A DNA stretch of 64,000 nucleotides, from the NCBI RefSeq assembly GCF_030144855.1, contig NC_082739.1, forward strand, positions 14,012,001 to 14,076,000, in the 5' to 3' direction. Position numbers and translations under genes: made by a program. The DNA is from Hypanus sabinus. Its lineage: Eukaryota. The notes under the pieces were generated by a model, which was not told the DNA's origin, did no database searches, and was given only the letters and a program-made list of their open reading frames with translations. This document shows, piece after piece, positions 1-11,230 of the stretch (position 1 is the first letter of the stretch; each line of letters begins with the position of its first letter).

Positions 1-2118
1 GGCATTTTGTAAGGTTACTTCATAAAAATATTACTTAACAATTTTTTTACAGATTTAAGAAGCAGCATTTATATCACTTCCCTCTGCCTCTTGGGTTGAT
101 AAGGAATGTCTGACATGTAGGGAGGGTAGCAGCTAATTTGCATACAATGAGTCCATTCAGGACTCATTCCTTTCATATGAAACTACAAAGAGAAGGAAGG
201 CTCCAGCCCGTATCAATCTCACCAATCTGAAGTTAAAAAGGTTGGACTTACTCTCGATTGCCTCAGATTTCTGTCTGGTTCTCAACTACAAAACATTCTG
301 TTTTGATCACAGTGTATCTGAAAATTTTGCTCTGAAAAATGTAAGCAGGAAATGAAAAATATGTATCTTAGATATTTGGATTAACTTCAACTACAATGTC
401 AATAACTTTATTGCTATTACAAAATATATGCATTCAAATAGATTACCTACAGCTAAGAAAAAGTTTTACTTCTCTGTGAATTGCCAAGGATTAACATTTC
501 CTAGCCGATGTTGTATACATCTTTATTTTAGCCTACCTTTTCCCAATATTCTATATTATGGCTGCCAAGTTTTGCCTTAATTAGGTGTCCTCCTCTTAGA
601 ACAACACTGGAGGCTGAGGCTGTATTTTGTGCTTGAGTGTTTCGAGGCAGGTCTTCACTTGAGTTTCAGATCCTAAGTTGAGAGCTTGCCCATTTATCCA
701 AGCTTCACATTCTACAAAAGCTGCACAAGTTGCTGTTCTGAGCCACTTCAGCAGCTCAAAGCACCTCTAGCTGTTTTGTATAAACTGTTGTTATGTGGGT
801 AACCGCTAATGCTGTTTTGTGTTCAGCAAGTTCCTAAACTGTATCTACTGTAAATCATCAGACTTTATCAGCGAGTCAAAGCCCAATCTATAAGTGGAGC
901 CAAAATCAAACTAGATGCAGGCTGCAGGTCTGCATAGAATCTATTACTTCCCAATAGCCCAAAAACTCATTGTGGCCTTAAGGGAAAAAGCTGTAATGGA
1001 GGCTACAGACGGCACTCCAAGTCAATGCATTGCAACTTATATTTACATTACATTATATTGTGGGTAGACCCACACTTCAAGGGCTGCAGCAGTTCATGAA
1101 GGCATATTGCTGCCACCTGCTCAGGGGCAATTAAGGATGGGTAGTTAATTGCTGGCTTGGCCTGCAAAGCCCTCATCAGTTGAAAAAAATACAAAAATCC
1201 CTAAAATGTAGAGGAGAATGACATGGATGTAAGCAAAGCAGCCATGCAACCATATAAAGCTATGTTAAGGTGGTCAAGCAAAAGCTAGAAAAAGAATTGA
1301 CTTTGAAAGAGGATTTTACAGGACAGTGATAAAGATATAACAGAAGAAGTTACAGAACCTATGACCCAGCTGACGTAAGACCCAGTTACGAATGAAAGTG
1401 GAAGGAGGTGCAATGGACCAGGAATGGACAAACATTGCAAGTTTACGGGGCTGGAGGAAGGTACAAGGTGGGAGATGCCTATATGCACAAAAAGATTTCA
1501 GAATGAAGATTAGAATAATTTCAGTATCATGATGCAAAAGGAGTTATTATGGTAAGGATGATGAGTCAGTAAGGCTAGATTTCAGCTAAGTATGAGCAGC
1601 AGAGTTTTAAGCAGAGGTTGGACTTTGGAAAACTGCCCATGGCTATTGGAAAAGTCATGCCAGGAGTTCCCAATGGCACAGATTATAGGTTCAGCTGTTG
1701 GTGAGTTGAGGTCAGGTCAAAAGCAAAGGATGTTAGTGTAAATCTTGGCAATGGCTTAGATATGGGATTGGAAACTCAACTCAAAGTCAAATTCAATATG
1801 AAGCTGCTTGGTGCATCTTGGAAGGTCAAATCAAGAGGAAAGTACACAGTGAATTGCAGGACCCTTAAGAACATTGATGTACAGGGAAATCTTGAGGTGC
1901 AAGACAGTAGCTCCCCGAATTGATGACACAAGTTAGACAGAGCAGAAAAAACTGCACAAGCATTGTGCATAAATCATATTGCAGCTGTATAAAACTTCAG
2001 TTGGGTCAGATTTGGAGCATTGTGTGCAGTTCTGAAAGAATGCAGACGCTCTAGAGAGGTTGCAGAAGAGGTTCACCAGGATATTGGCAAGTCATCAGCA
2101 TCTGTGGAGAGGACTAAA

Positions 2119-2156
2119 CAGTCAACATTTCAGACTGAGACCCTTCATCAGGACTG
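2119..2156 (-). ncRNA. Minimal hammerhead ribozyme motif (core intact, weakened stems)
   Basis: CAGUC-CUGAUGA-AGGG-UCUCAG-UCU-GAAA-UG-UU-GACUG. Confidence 0.5.
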
Positions 2157-2377
2157 GAAAACAGAATCAGAATCAGGTTTACTATCACCTGCATGTGACG
2201 CGAAATTTATTAACTGAGCAGCAGCAGTTCATAATCTAGTAGAGAGAAAAAAAATAAAATATAATAATAAATAAACAAGTAAATCAATTGCATATATTGA
2301 ATAGATTTTAAAAATGTGCAAAGACAGAAATACTGAAAATTAAAAAAAGCGAGGTAGTGTCCAAGGGTTCAATGGCA

Positions 2378-3436
2378 ACATGAGTGAATCTGCAGATGCT
2401 GGAAATAAATAAAAACACAAAATGCTGGCAGAACTCAGCAGGCCAGACAGCATCTATGGGAGGAGGTAGTGACGATGTTTCGGGCCGAAACCCTTCATCA
2501 GGAGTGAAGTAACTTGGGATGGTTGAGGGGAGATAAGAAGTGGGGGGAGGGATGAAGTAGAGAGCTGGGAAGTGATGGGCTGAAGGGAAATGGGCTGGGG
2601 GAAGATGGAGAATTATGGGAAATAAAGTCGCTCCCTACGCGACTCCCTTGTCCATTCATCCCCTCCCTCCCCACCGACCTCCCTCCGGGCACTTATCCCT
2701 GCAAACGGAAGAAGTGCTACACCTGCCCCCACACTTCTTCCCTCACCACCATCCTAGGCCCCAGACAGTCCTTTCAGGTGAGGCACCACTTCACCTGCGA
2801 GTCAACTGGGGTGATATACTGTATCCGGTGCTCCCGATGTGGCCATTTATACATTGGGGAGACCCGCCGCAGACTGGGAGACCGTTTCACCGAACACCGG
2901 CACTTGGTCCTCCGGCAGTGGCGGGATCTCCCTCTGTGGCCACACACTTCAATTCCTCAGACCACTCCCACTCCGACATATCTGTCCATGGCCTCCTCTA
3001 CCGTCAAGATGAGGCCACACGCAGGTCGATGGAGCAATACCTTATCTCCCGCCTAGGTAGCCTCCGACCTGCCAGCATGAACATTCAACTCACAGACCTC
3101 CGTTGATACCCCTGCCCCCCCTTACCCCATCCCTATCTATAATTTTAGTCTAGTTCTCTTTCTCTCTCTTTCCCCCCTCACTATAATCTCCCCTCAGCCC
3201 TACCTTTCTTTCTCTTTTATTTCCCATAATTCTCCACCTTCCCCCCCAGCCCATTTCCCTTCAGCCTATCACTTCCCAGCTCTCTACTTCATCCCTCCCC
3301 CCACTTCTTATCCCCCCTCGACCATCCCATGTTACTTCACTCCTGATGAAAGGTTTTGGCCCGAAATGTCGTTATTACCTCCTCCCATAGATGCTGTCTG
3401 GCCTGTTGAGTTCTGCCAGCATTTTGAGTTTTTATT
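2378..3436 (+). mobile_element. Penelope-like retroelement 3' fragment with GIY-YIG endonuclease and inverted pseudo-LTRs
   Basis: ORF 2778-3056 HFTCESTGVIYCIRCSRCGHLYIGETRRRLGDRFTEH is a GIY-YIG domain with the CxxC insert typical of Penelope-like elements. ~2405-2626 is the reverse complement of ~3216-3436. Confidence 0.88.
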
Positions 3437-5572
3437 CTTTCTTATCATTCTTATTTGCTCTTGATGCCAGTCATCACCATTACTTTGAGTAATTTTTATT
3501 TGCATTTTCAACCTGTGGATGAAATCAGCTTGTGGACGTTTGTAAAAATGGAATTGCTGGTTACCTGAGGACGGCAGGATTCCGTCCCAACTTAACCGGG
3601 ATAGTTCACAAGCTGGAATCGCAGCCACAGAGTTCACACATGGCAGAAGATACCTGCTGCTCTACAGCTGGCAAATCCATCCTTTTGGTCTCCTGAATGC
3701 TCAATCATCTGTATAGTCTGTATATAATTCAGGCTTTCATAAGCTGGGGAGGACCTGTAGTACGTTACAGATCGAAACTCAGTATGTAAGGAAAGTTTGC
3801 CTTCTCACTATCTCTGGCCCATTTGCCAATCACAGATCTGTGCTTTGGAAATTGGCCCACTAGGCAATGGAAGAGGTGTATGTATAATTACTGTACCAAA
3901 CCCACTTGTGTTTAATATTTGATTTCCCATGCTTGCTTGAGGTAGAGGGTTGCTCCTGCTGCCATTCTGGTAAATGCATCTGCACCGTCTCTTAATTGTT
4001 GACATTCCTCCTGTAGTTTGGTGTCTTAAATTTAGCAAGACTGCAGCTGGGTCCTGAGCAACTGGTGAGTCTCCGGAATTCGATGTTGCAATTTATTAGA
4101 TTATTTCAGGCACATTATGATGTAATCAGTTGGACTGGACTGGAACCAGTGACTCATTGTTCTGCTTTTTGAGTATTTGTAAAGCTGAAATGGAAAAGTT
4201 AACAAAAAATATAATTCAGAGGTGCCATTACAACAGGAACTTGCTTTCTACAACCATAACAATCATGTAATTGAGCTTGAACTGTCCTGAAAGATGAGCT
4301 CACATCAATTATGCTGCCCTAAATTATGCTGTGAGTTTAATTGCAGCTGATAGTTAAACATATGGAGTTTAATTAAAAAGTACGATCTCAGCAACTTTGC
4401 TTAGTCCTGTACCTGGGTGCCTGTCTTCTCTAAATTCTGATTACCAGCTTTGATACATGTCTTCCTCCCGGGATCAGGCAACCTTTGACACATAATGGGA
4501 ATTTGGATCTTCCCATAATGGTGACGAGAAGGTTGAAGAAGCTTCCCTGGCTGTGATTGAATCTGCTGGAGATATGAAAATAGGAGGCCTTAACAGAACT
4601 GACTGGTCTGATGAAAACAATGAAGGGTCCCAGACAGAAATGTTAACCAAATGGTAGCATTTTCAGCTGATCTGATAGTCATACACAGAATCAGACCCTT
4701 TGGCCCATCTGGTCCATGCTGAACTGTTATTCTGCCTAGTCCCATTGACTCTCACTTGGACCATAACCCTCCATCCCCCTCCAATCCATGTATTTATCTA
4801 AATTTCTCTTAATCTCTAGGTTCTCTAATGCCCTACCATTCTACTTCGCTTTCTTCCTTTAAAACGCTCTTTACAAATGCTCCTTGGCCAAGCTTTTGGT
4901 CATCAGTGCTAACATCTGTTTGTATTCTTTGCTTGAAATATGTTCTTATTGATATCAGTCTTAAACACATAGCAGATTTTCCAAATGTTTGGCGTTTGTC
5001 CTGATAATGTTCCACAACACACTATTATTCCATTGTTTTTTTCATACTGGTACGGTAAATTTTTGAGTGAACTCAGTGAGATTAATGGGAATGGATAAAG
5101 ATAAACAAGTACTCTCGAACCCGACTGTGGCCATGGATTTTACACATGTTCCTGACCCCCCCCCCCCCCCCCCGGCATTCCAGACCCCAACACCCACTCC
5201 AGCTGCAGAACTGCTTGCACTTATTTCAGGTTCTGGGCTATTGAGCTAGCCAGATGCTAGACCGCCATGGTTTTCAAACAACTGGATGCCGGAATATTGG
5301 AGTTTACTGTAAGTGCCAATGATCAATTATTTCTGTTAGTTCCTTTCGAAAATTTCCATCAGTAAAGTGTTTGCAGAACAAGCACGATGACTTCAGAATC
5401 AGTGCTGTACAGTTGTGGGACGCAGGGAAAGGAAGAGGGGTGAGCGACACCTGAGAGTGCACAGCCCTTGAGTAATTGCTGAGGGAATGGGGCACTGCAC
5501 TGTTGGAGGGGCAGCTGTAAACAAGGACTGCATTGTTGACAGAGAACTATTATTGCAGGTACAATACTGAAG

Positions 5573-5855
5573 GATTGCCACCTTGTCGTGGTGGAGAGGC
5601 TTGTGAGTTCCTGAGATCCCAAGAGTATTGCCAAGAGTTTAGCTACCTGGCACTGGTAGGGTCACCCATGGGGGTAAGGTCAACGGGGAGGTCCCATACA
5701 AGGAGCGATCCATTCAAGACCTCAACAGTGGAGATGGCAGAAGGTGATGACACTTCACAAAGGCAGTGAAGTTGGTGGAAGATTGTAGGAGTGAAGGCTC
5801 ACTAGTCATCTTGCATTCCATGTCACTGGATCCTGACCCCAATCTGTCAAGGATA
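5573..5855 (+). mobile_element. RTE/Rex3-type 5' end-derived repeat
   Basis: CCTTGTCGTGG..GAGGCTTG..TGGTAGGGTCACCCATG..AGGTCA motif, shared with 14365-14490. The family assignment is from recollection of RTE-clade 5' UTRs. Confidence 0.5.
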
Positions 5856-6097
5856 GACAATAGGTGCAGAAGTAGACCATTCGGCCCTTCGAGCCTGCAC
5901 CGCCATTCTGAGATCATGGCTGATCATCTACTATCAATACCTGGTTCCTGCCTTGTCCCCATATCCCTTGATTCCCCTATCCATAAATACCTATCTAGCT
6001 CCTTCTTGAAAGCATCCAGAGAATTGGCCTCCACTGCCTTCCGAGGCAGTGCATTCCAGACCCCCACAACTCTCTGGGAGAAGAAGTTTTTCCTTAA
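5855..6097 (-). mobile_element. CR1 3' end inserted into an RTE-derived repeat
   Basis: Well-preserved CR1 tail interrupting the 5573-6300 element. Confidence 0.7.
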
Positions 6098-8289
6098 CTG
6101 TGTGGTGGCTGCCCATGCATCAGCCTCCCCACTTTAAACAAGGTCACACACAGGCGTCCTTCATTAAGGGAATCCATCTTAACATCCCAGATTAAGACCC
6201 GTTGCGCCCCTCTCACATGAGGACCCACCAATAAAAAAAACCCTTAGGAGAACGCCACCCTTGAGTCGAGTGATCGCACTACTACTGAAGATCCGCACAG
6301 TTGTGAGAGGCAACATTGATAGGGTGCTTTTTTATGACTGAGGAATGGCACAAATTAAGCGCTCTAAAGTTAATGGGATAATATTGACTGAGTACTGTCA
6401 GAGGAGCAGTTCTAACAGAGCACCATTCCTTTGGCAGTGTCATGTTTTAAGCAAAGTTATACCTGCCCCTTAAACATCACTATTTTCACAAGGAGTGGGG
6501 ATTTTTATAATCTTCAGTGAATTTAAGATTATTATTTTAATCATTATTAATTAACTAGTTTTGGAGGTATACGGTAATTCTTAAAAATTTGTAAATAGCA
6601 CAGAATTTTGACATCCTTCATAAAAAATAATGACATTTACAATGTAGTGTTGTGATCTACAGGGCATAGTGATACTATAAAGAGGCTGGTGGATGGGCAG
6701 GCACGTGGCTGTTGAAGTTCAGTGCAGGTGACTTGGAATGAACTGCATGCAGATGTAGTGGGGGCAGCTTCCAATGTGGCTTTTGAGAGGGAATTGGTAA
6801 GTAAATGGCGAAGGAAGATTTGCAAAGCTGCAGTTAAGAGAGTAGAGGAGGGGGCAGGAAAACCAGGGAGAGACCTTGTATGAACACAGTGGGCCAAGAG
6901 GCCTCATTCTGTGTCATAACTATTCTGTAGCTCCATGATTTTACATATGTGGGATGTTTTTGAGTTTAAAGTGGTTTCCTGTATTTCAATGATAAATTAG
7001 CTCATTGGCTGTGAAGCACTTCAGCACATTCTGGAGTCCTGTTAGGCACTACGTAAATGCAAATTCTTTCTTAATAACATTCATTCCCTGCGGTCTTCTG
7101 CATCTACTCCACTGCATAATTTTCTCTGTCACCAGCTAACTATGGCACTTTGAGTGAAGTTATATCTTTTGATGTTCTTTGTTAGTATTTGTTTAATTGC
7201 TGTTCATTCTGTGTAATCGGCTTCTTCCTTCCTGAAGCCAATTGCTGTATCTACATGTTGATGGCGGGCTTTATCAGAAAACATCGTCAGACTGACCCAG
7301 CCCAGCCCGGTCCCATACCGGGAGATGTGAACCTCATACTTACCCAGTCTGATCATGCACAGACTGACGTCATTGTTGGCGTGTTTTGGACTGTGTTGAA
7401 TGAGGTTTCTTTCATTTATTTCTTATCTCAACAAATGCTTCTGCTTCATGTGATAGATAATTGTATGATAGCCATGGATTGGGGAGGGCAAGTGTGGAGC
7501 TGGTGGACTTGGAATGCAGTCCAAACCCCAGACTTCGCACACAACATGGGTTTCATCTCTGGCTTGAATCTGAGGCCGACTGACACAGAGAGGAGTAGTC
7601 GTTTTATCCCAGTATTGGGCCAACATTTCCCCCTTTCATGCCTTTGGGAGTTCACTGCTCCTTCAACAAAGTCCCTCCAAAATCTCGGCATTCCTGCCAG
7701 TGGCCCTTTGCTGTGGGAAGGGAAGTCTGCAGGGAGCACAGGGCTGTGTTAGCCTTCTGATAGTCCTATCCCATGGAAAATGCTATACTTCCTGGCCACC
7801 AACTGTCAGGCTATCACCCACACCCTCCTCCCACTGGTTCCCTCTCCCAACACTCCCATCTGCCCTCTCCACCTCCACCTCTCCATGCTCCACCTTCCTT
7901 TCCTATTCTCTTCAGACCATTATAGACTCCACCTATCACCTCCCAGATCCTGGTATTCCCACTTGCTTCTCCCCTGTCTGGCTATCACCCCTGAATCCAC
8001 CCTCTTCTCCACCACTCCCATCTTCCCTCCCCACCGTTCTCCATCTCCCAGATTCTGGCACTATTCCAACTTTCCTCTTCCCCATATGGCTCTAACCCCT
8101 CCTGACGTGGGTACACCTCCCCCCTGCAACACTCCCGTCTGCCCTCTCCCCCTACTGTAACTGCCCGGTGCAGAGCTCCCTGGGGCAATGTCAGATGGCT
8201 CTGTCCCCACTGTGGATGCTACATAGCTGCCTCTCTGATGGGAGTGGGACAAACAGTCCATGAGCAGGGTGGGTGGGATCCTTCATGAT

Positions 8290-8790
8290 ACAGAGTCATA
8301 GAATCATAGGTCAAAGAACACTACAAAGAAACAGGCTGATCTGCCCATCAGGTCTGTGCTGAACCACTAAACTCCCTAGTCCTATTGATCTGTACCCAGA
8401 TTTAGCTCTCCATACCCCTCTCATCTATGTACCTATCCAAACTTCTCTTCAATGTTAAAATTGGTCCTGCACCCACCACTTCCTATGGCAGCTCATTCCA
8501 CCCTCTCATGATTCTCTGAGCGCAAAAGTTCCCCCTCACATTCCCCTTCATGTTCCCCTTAAACATTTCACCTTTCACCCTTAAACCCATGACCTCTATT
8601 TGTAATCTCACCCAACCTCAGCTCAGTGGAAAAGGTCTGCTTGTATTTACCCTATCGATACCCCTCATAATTTTGTATACCTCTATCAAATCTTCCCTCA
8701 ATCTTCCACATCCTAGGGAATAAATTCCTAACCTACTCAACATTTCCCTATAACTCAGGTCCTCTAGTCCAATCAACATCCTTGTAATAG
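8290..8790 (-). mobile_element. CR1 LINE 3' end
   Basis: TRMLIGLEDLSYREMLSRLGIYSL..RLREDLIEVYKIMRG is the CR1 ORF2 C-terminus; short-repeat tail near 8290-8310. Confidence 0.8.
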
Positions 8791-9367
8791 TTGTATTGAG
8801 AGCATCCTGAGCAGCTGCATCACTGCCTGGTACGGAGATTGCACCATCTCGGATCACAAGACCCTGCAGCAGATAGTGAGGTCAGCTGAGAAGATCATCA
8901 GTGTCTCTCTTCCCGCCATCACGGACATTTACACTACACGCTGCATCCGCAAAGGAAACAGCATTATGAAGGATCCCATGCACCCCTCATACAATCTTTT
9001 CTCCCTCCTGCCGTCTGGGAAAAGGCTCCGAAGCATTCGAGTTCTCACGACCAGACTATGTAACAGTTTCTTCCCCCAAGCTATCAGACTCCTCAATACC
9101 CAGAGCCTGGACTGACACCTTGCCCTATTGTCCTGTTTATTATTTATTGTAATGCCTGCACTGTTTTTGTGCACTTTATGCAGTCTTGTGTAGGTCTGTA
9201 GTCTAGTGTAGCTTTCTCTGTGTTGTTTTTTTGTTATGTAGTTCAGTCTAGCTTTTTGTACTGAGTCATGTAACACCATGGTCCTGAAAAACATTGTCTC
9301 ATTTTTACTATGCACTGTACCAGCAGTTATGGTCAAAATGACGATAAAAGTGACTTGACTTGACTTC
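8790..9367 (+). mobile_element. Rex-Babar-type LINE 3' fragment with (GACTT)n tail, lying between the CR1 pieces
   Basis: IMKDPMHPSYNLFSLLPSGKRLRSIRVLTTRLCNSFFPQAIRLLN, the typical C-terminus of this clade. Confidence 0.8.
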
Positions 9368-9369
9368 TC

Positions 9370-11230
9370 CTTCACCTTGTCTGCTAGAGCAACCTCATGT
9401 CTTCTTCTAGCCTTCCTGATTTCCTTCCTAAGTGTTTTCTTGCATCTTTATACACCTCAAGTGCCTCATTTGTACATGATGCTATGCATCTCCTTCTTTT
9501 TCTTAGCCAGGGCCTCAATATTTCTCAAAAATGAAGGTTCCCTACACCTGTTGTCATTGCCTTTCATTCTGACAGGGACATACAAACACTGTACTCTCAA
9601 AATTTCATTTGTGAAAGCCTCCCATTTACCAAGTACACCTTTGCCAGAAAACCTGCCCCACTCCACACTTGCCAGACCCTTTCTGATGCCATCAAAATTA
9701 GTCTTTCTCCAATTTAGAATCTCAACCTGTGGACCAGACCTATTCTTTTCCATAATTACCTTGAAACTAATGGCATTGTGATCACTAGATGCAAAGTGTT
9801 CCCCTACACAAACTTCTGTCACCTGCCGTATCTCATTCCCTATTAGGAAATCTAGCATCATTCTCTCTCTAGTTGGGGCCTTTAGGTACTGATTAAGGAA
9901 GCTTGTGTGAACACATTTGACAAACTCTTTCCCATCCAGCCCTTTTACAGTGTGGGAGTCCCAGTCAATATGTGGAAAGTTAAAATCACCTACTATCACA
10001 ACCTTATGTTTTTTGCAACAGTCTGCGATCTCTCTACAAATTTGCTCCTCTAAATCCTGCAGACTGTTGGGTGGTCTGTAATAATCCCATTAATATGATG
10101 ATACCTTCCATATTCCTCAGTTCCACCCATAAAGTCTCACTAGACAAGTTCTTCAATCTGTCCTGTCTGAGCACTGCCATGACGTTTTCTTTGATTGTTA
10201 ATGCTACCCCTTCCTCTTTAATCTCTCCTGCTCTATCATGTCTCAAACAACAGAGCCCCAGAACACTGAACTGCCAGTCCCGTCCCTCTTGAAACCAAAT
10301 CTCACTGATGGCTACAATGTCATAATTCCATGTGTTGATCCATGCCCTGAGCTCATCTGCCTTTCCTACAATACTCCTAAAATATATGCAGTTTCCCTGG
10401 AAGTGAGCCCAATGGTCTGTAGATCTGAAGCCCTTCCTCCTACACCAACTCCTTAGCCATATGTTAAACTGTATAATCTTCCTTTTTCTGGCCTCACTAG
10501 CACGTGGCATAGATAGCAAACCTGAGATCACAACCCTGGAAGTCCTGTCCTTTAACTTGGCATCTAACTCCCTGAACTCACTTTGCAGGACCTCGACACC
10601 CATCCTACACATATCAATGGTACAGATGTGGACCACACCTCTGGCTACTCACCCTCTCACTTAATAATGCTGTGGGCTCGATCCTGGCACCCAGGGGGCA
10701 ACAACGCATCCGGGAATCTCACTCTCATCGACAGAACCACCTTTCTGTTCCCCTAACCAATGAATCCCCTATCACCTTGCCTCTTTACCTCCTTCCCTTC
10801 TGAGCCTCATATCCAGAAACCTGTTTGCTGTGGCTTCTCCCTGGTAGATCATTACCCGCCCCCAACAGTATCCAAAGCAGTATACTTATTATGGAGGGGA
10901 ATGTCCACAGAGTACTCTGCACTGGCTACCTATCCCCTTTCCCTCTCCTGACAGTCACAATGTACCTGCCTCCTGCAACTTAGGTGTGACCACCTCCCTG
11001 TTGCTCCTATCTATCATCTCTTCATCTTCCTGTTTGAGGCAACGAACATCGAGCTGCTGCTCGATTTCCTTAACGCGGTCTCTGAGGAGCTGCAGCTTGG
11101 TGAACTTGGTGCAAATGCAGTTATCAGGGAGACTGGAGGTCTCCCAAAGTTCCCACATCTCACACACGGAACGTACCACTAACTCTGGACCCATCCTCAT
11201 CGCACTAGCTAGGAACTAACAGAAAAAAAC
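9370..11230 (-). mobile_element. CR1 LINE 5' portion: ORF1 (Cys-rich N-terminus, esterase-like domain) and ORF2 APE endonuclease, internally deleted
   Basis: ORF fragments CEMWE..CICTK..LRDRVKEIEQQL, RTSRVVISGLL..WLRSWCRRKGF, YDIVAISEIW, IVGDFNFPHIDW and SDHNAI. Confidence 0.88.

Noticed and set aside
7189-7752. 187-aa ORF
   Set aside because: Non-ATG start, no recognisable domain and no coherent exon chain.
10034-10636. 200-aa ORF as a host gene
   Set aside because: It is a deletion-fused CR1 ORF1/ORF2 remnant with a GTG start.
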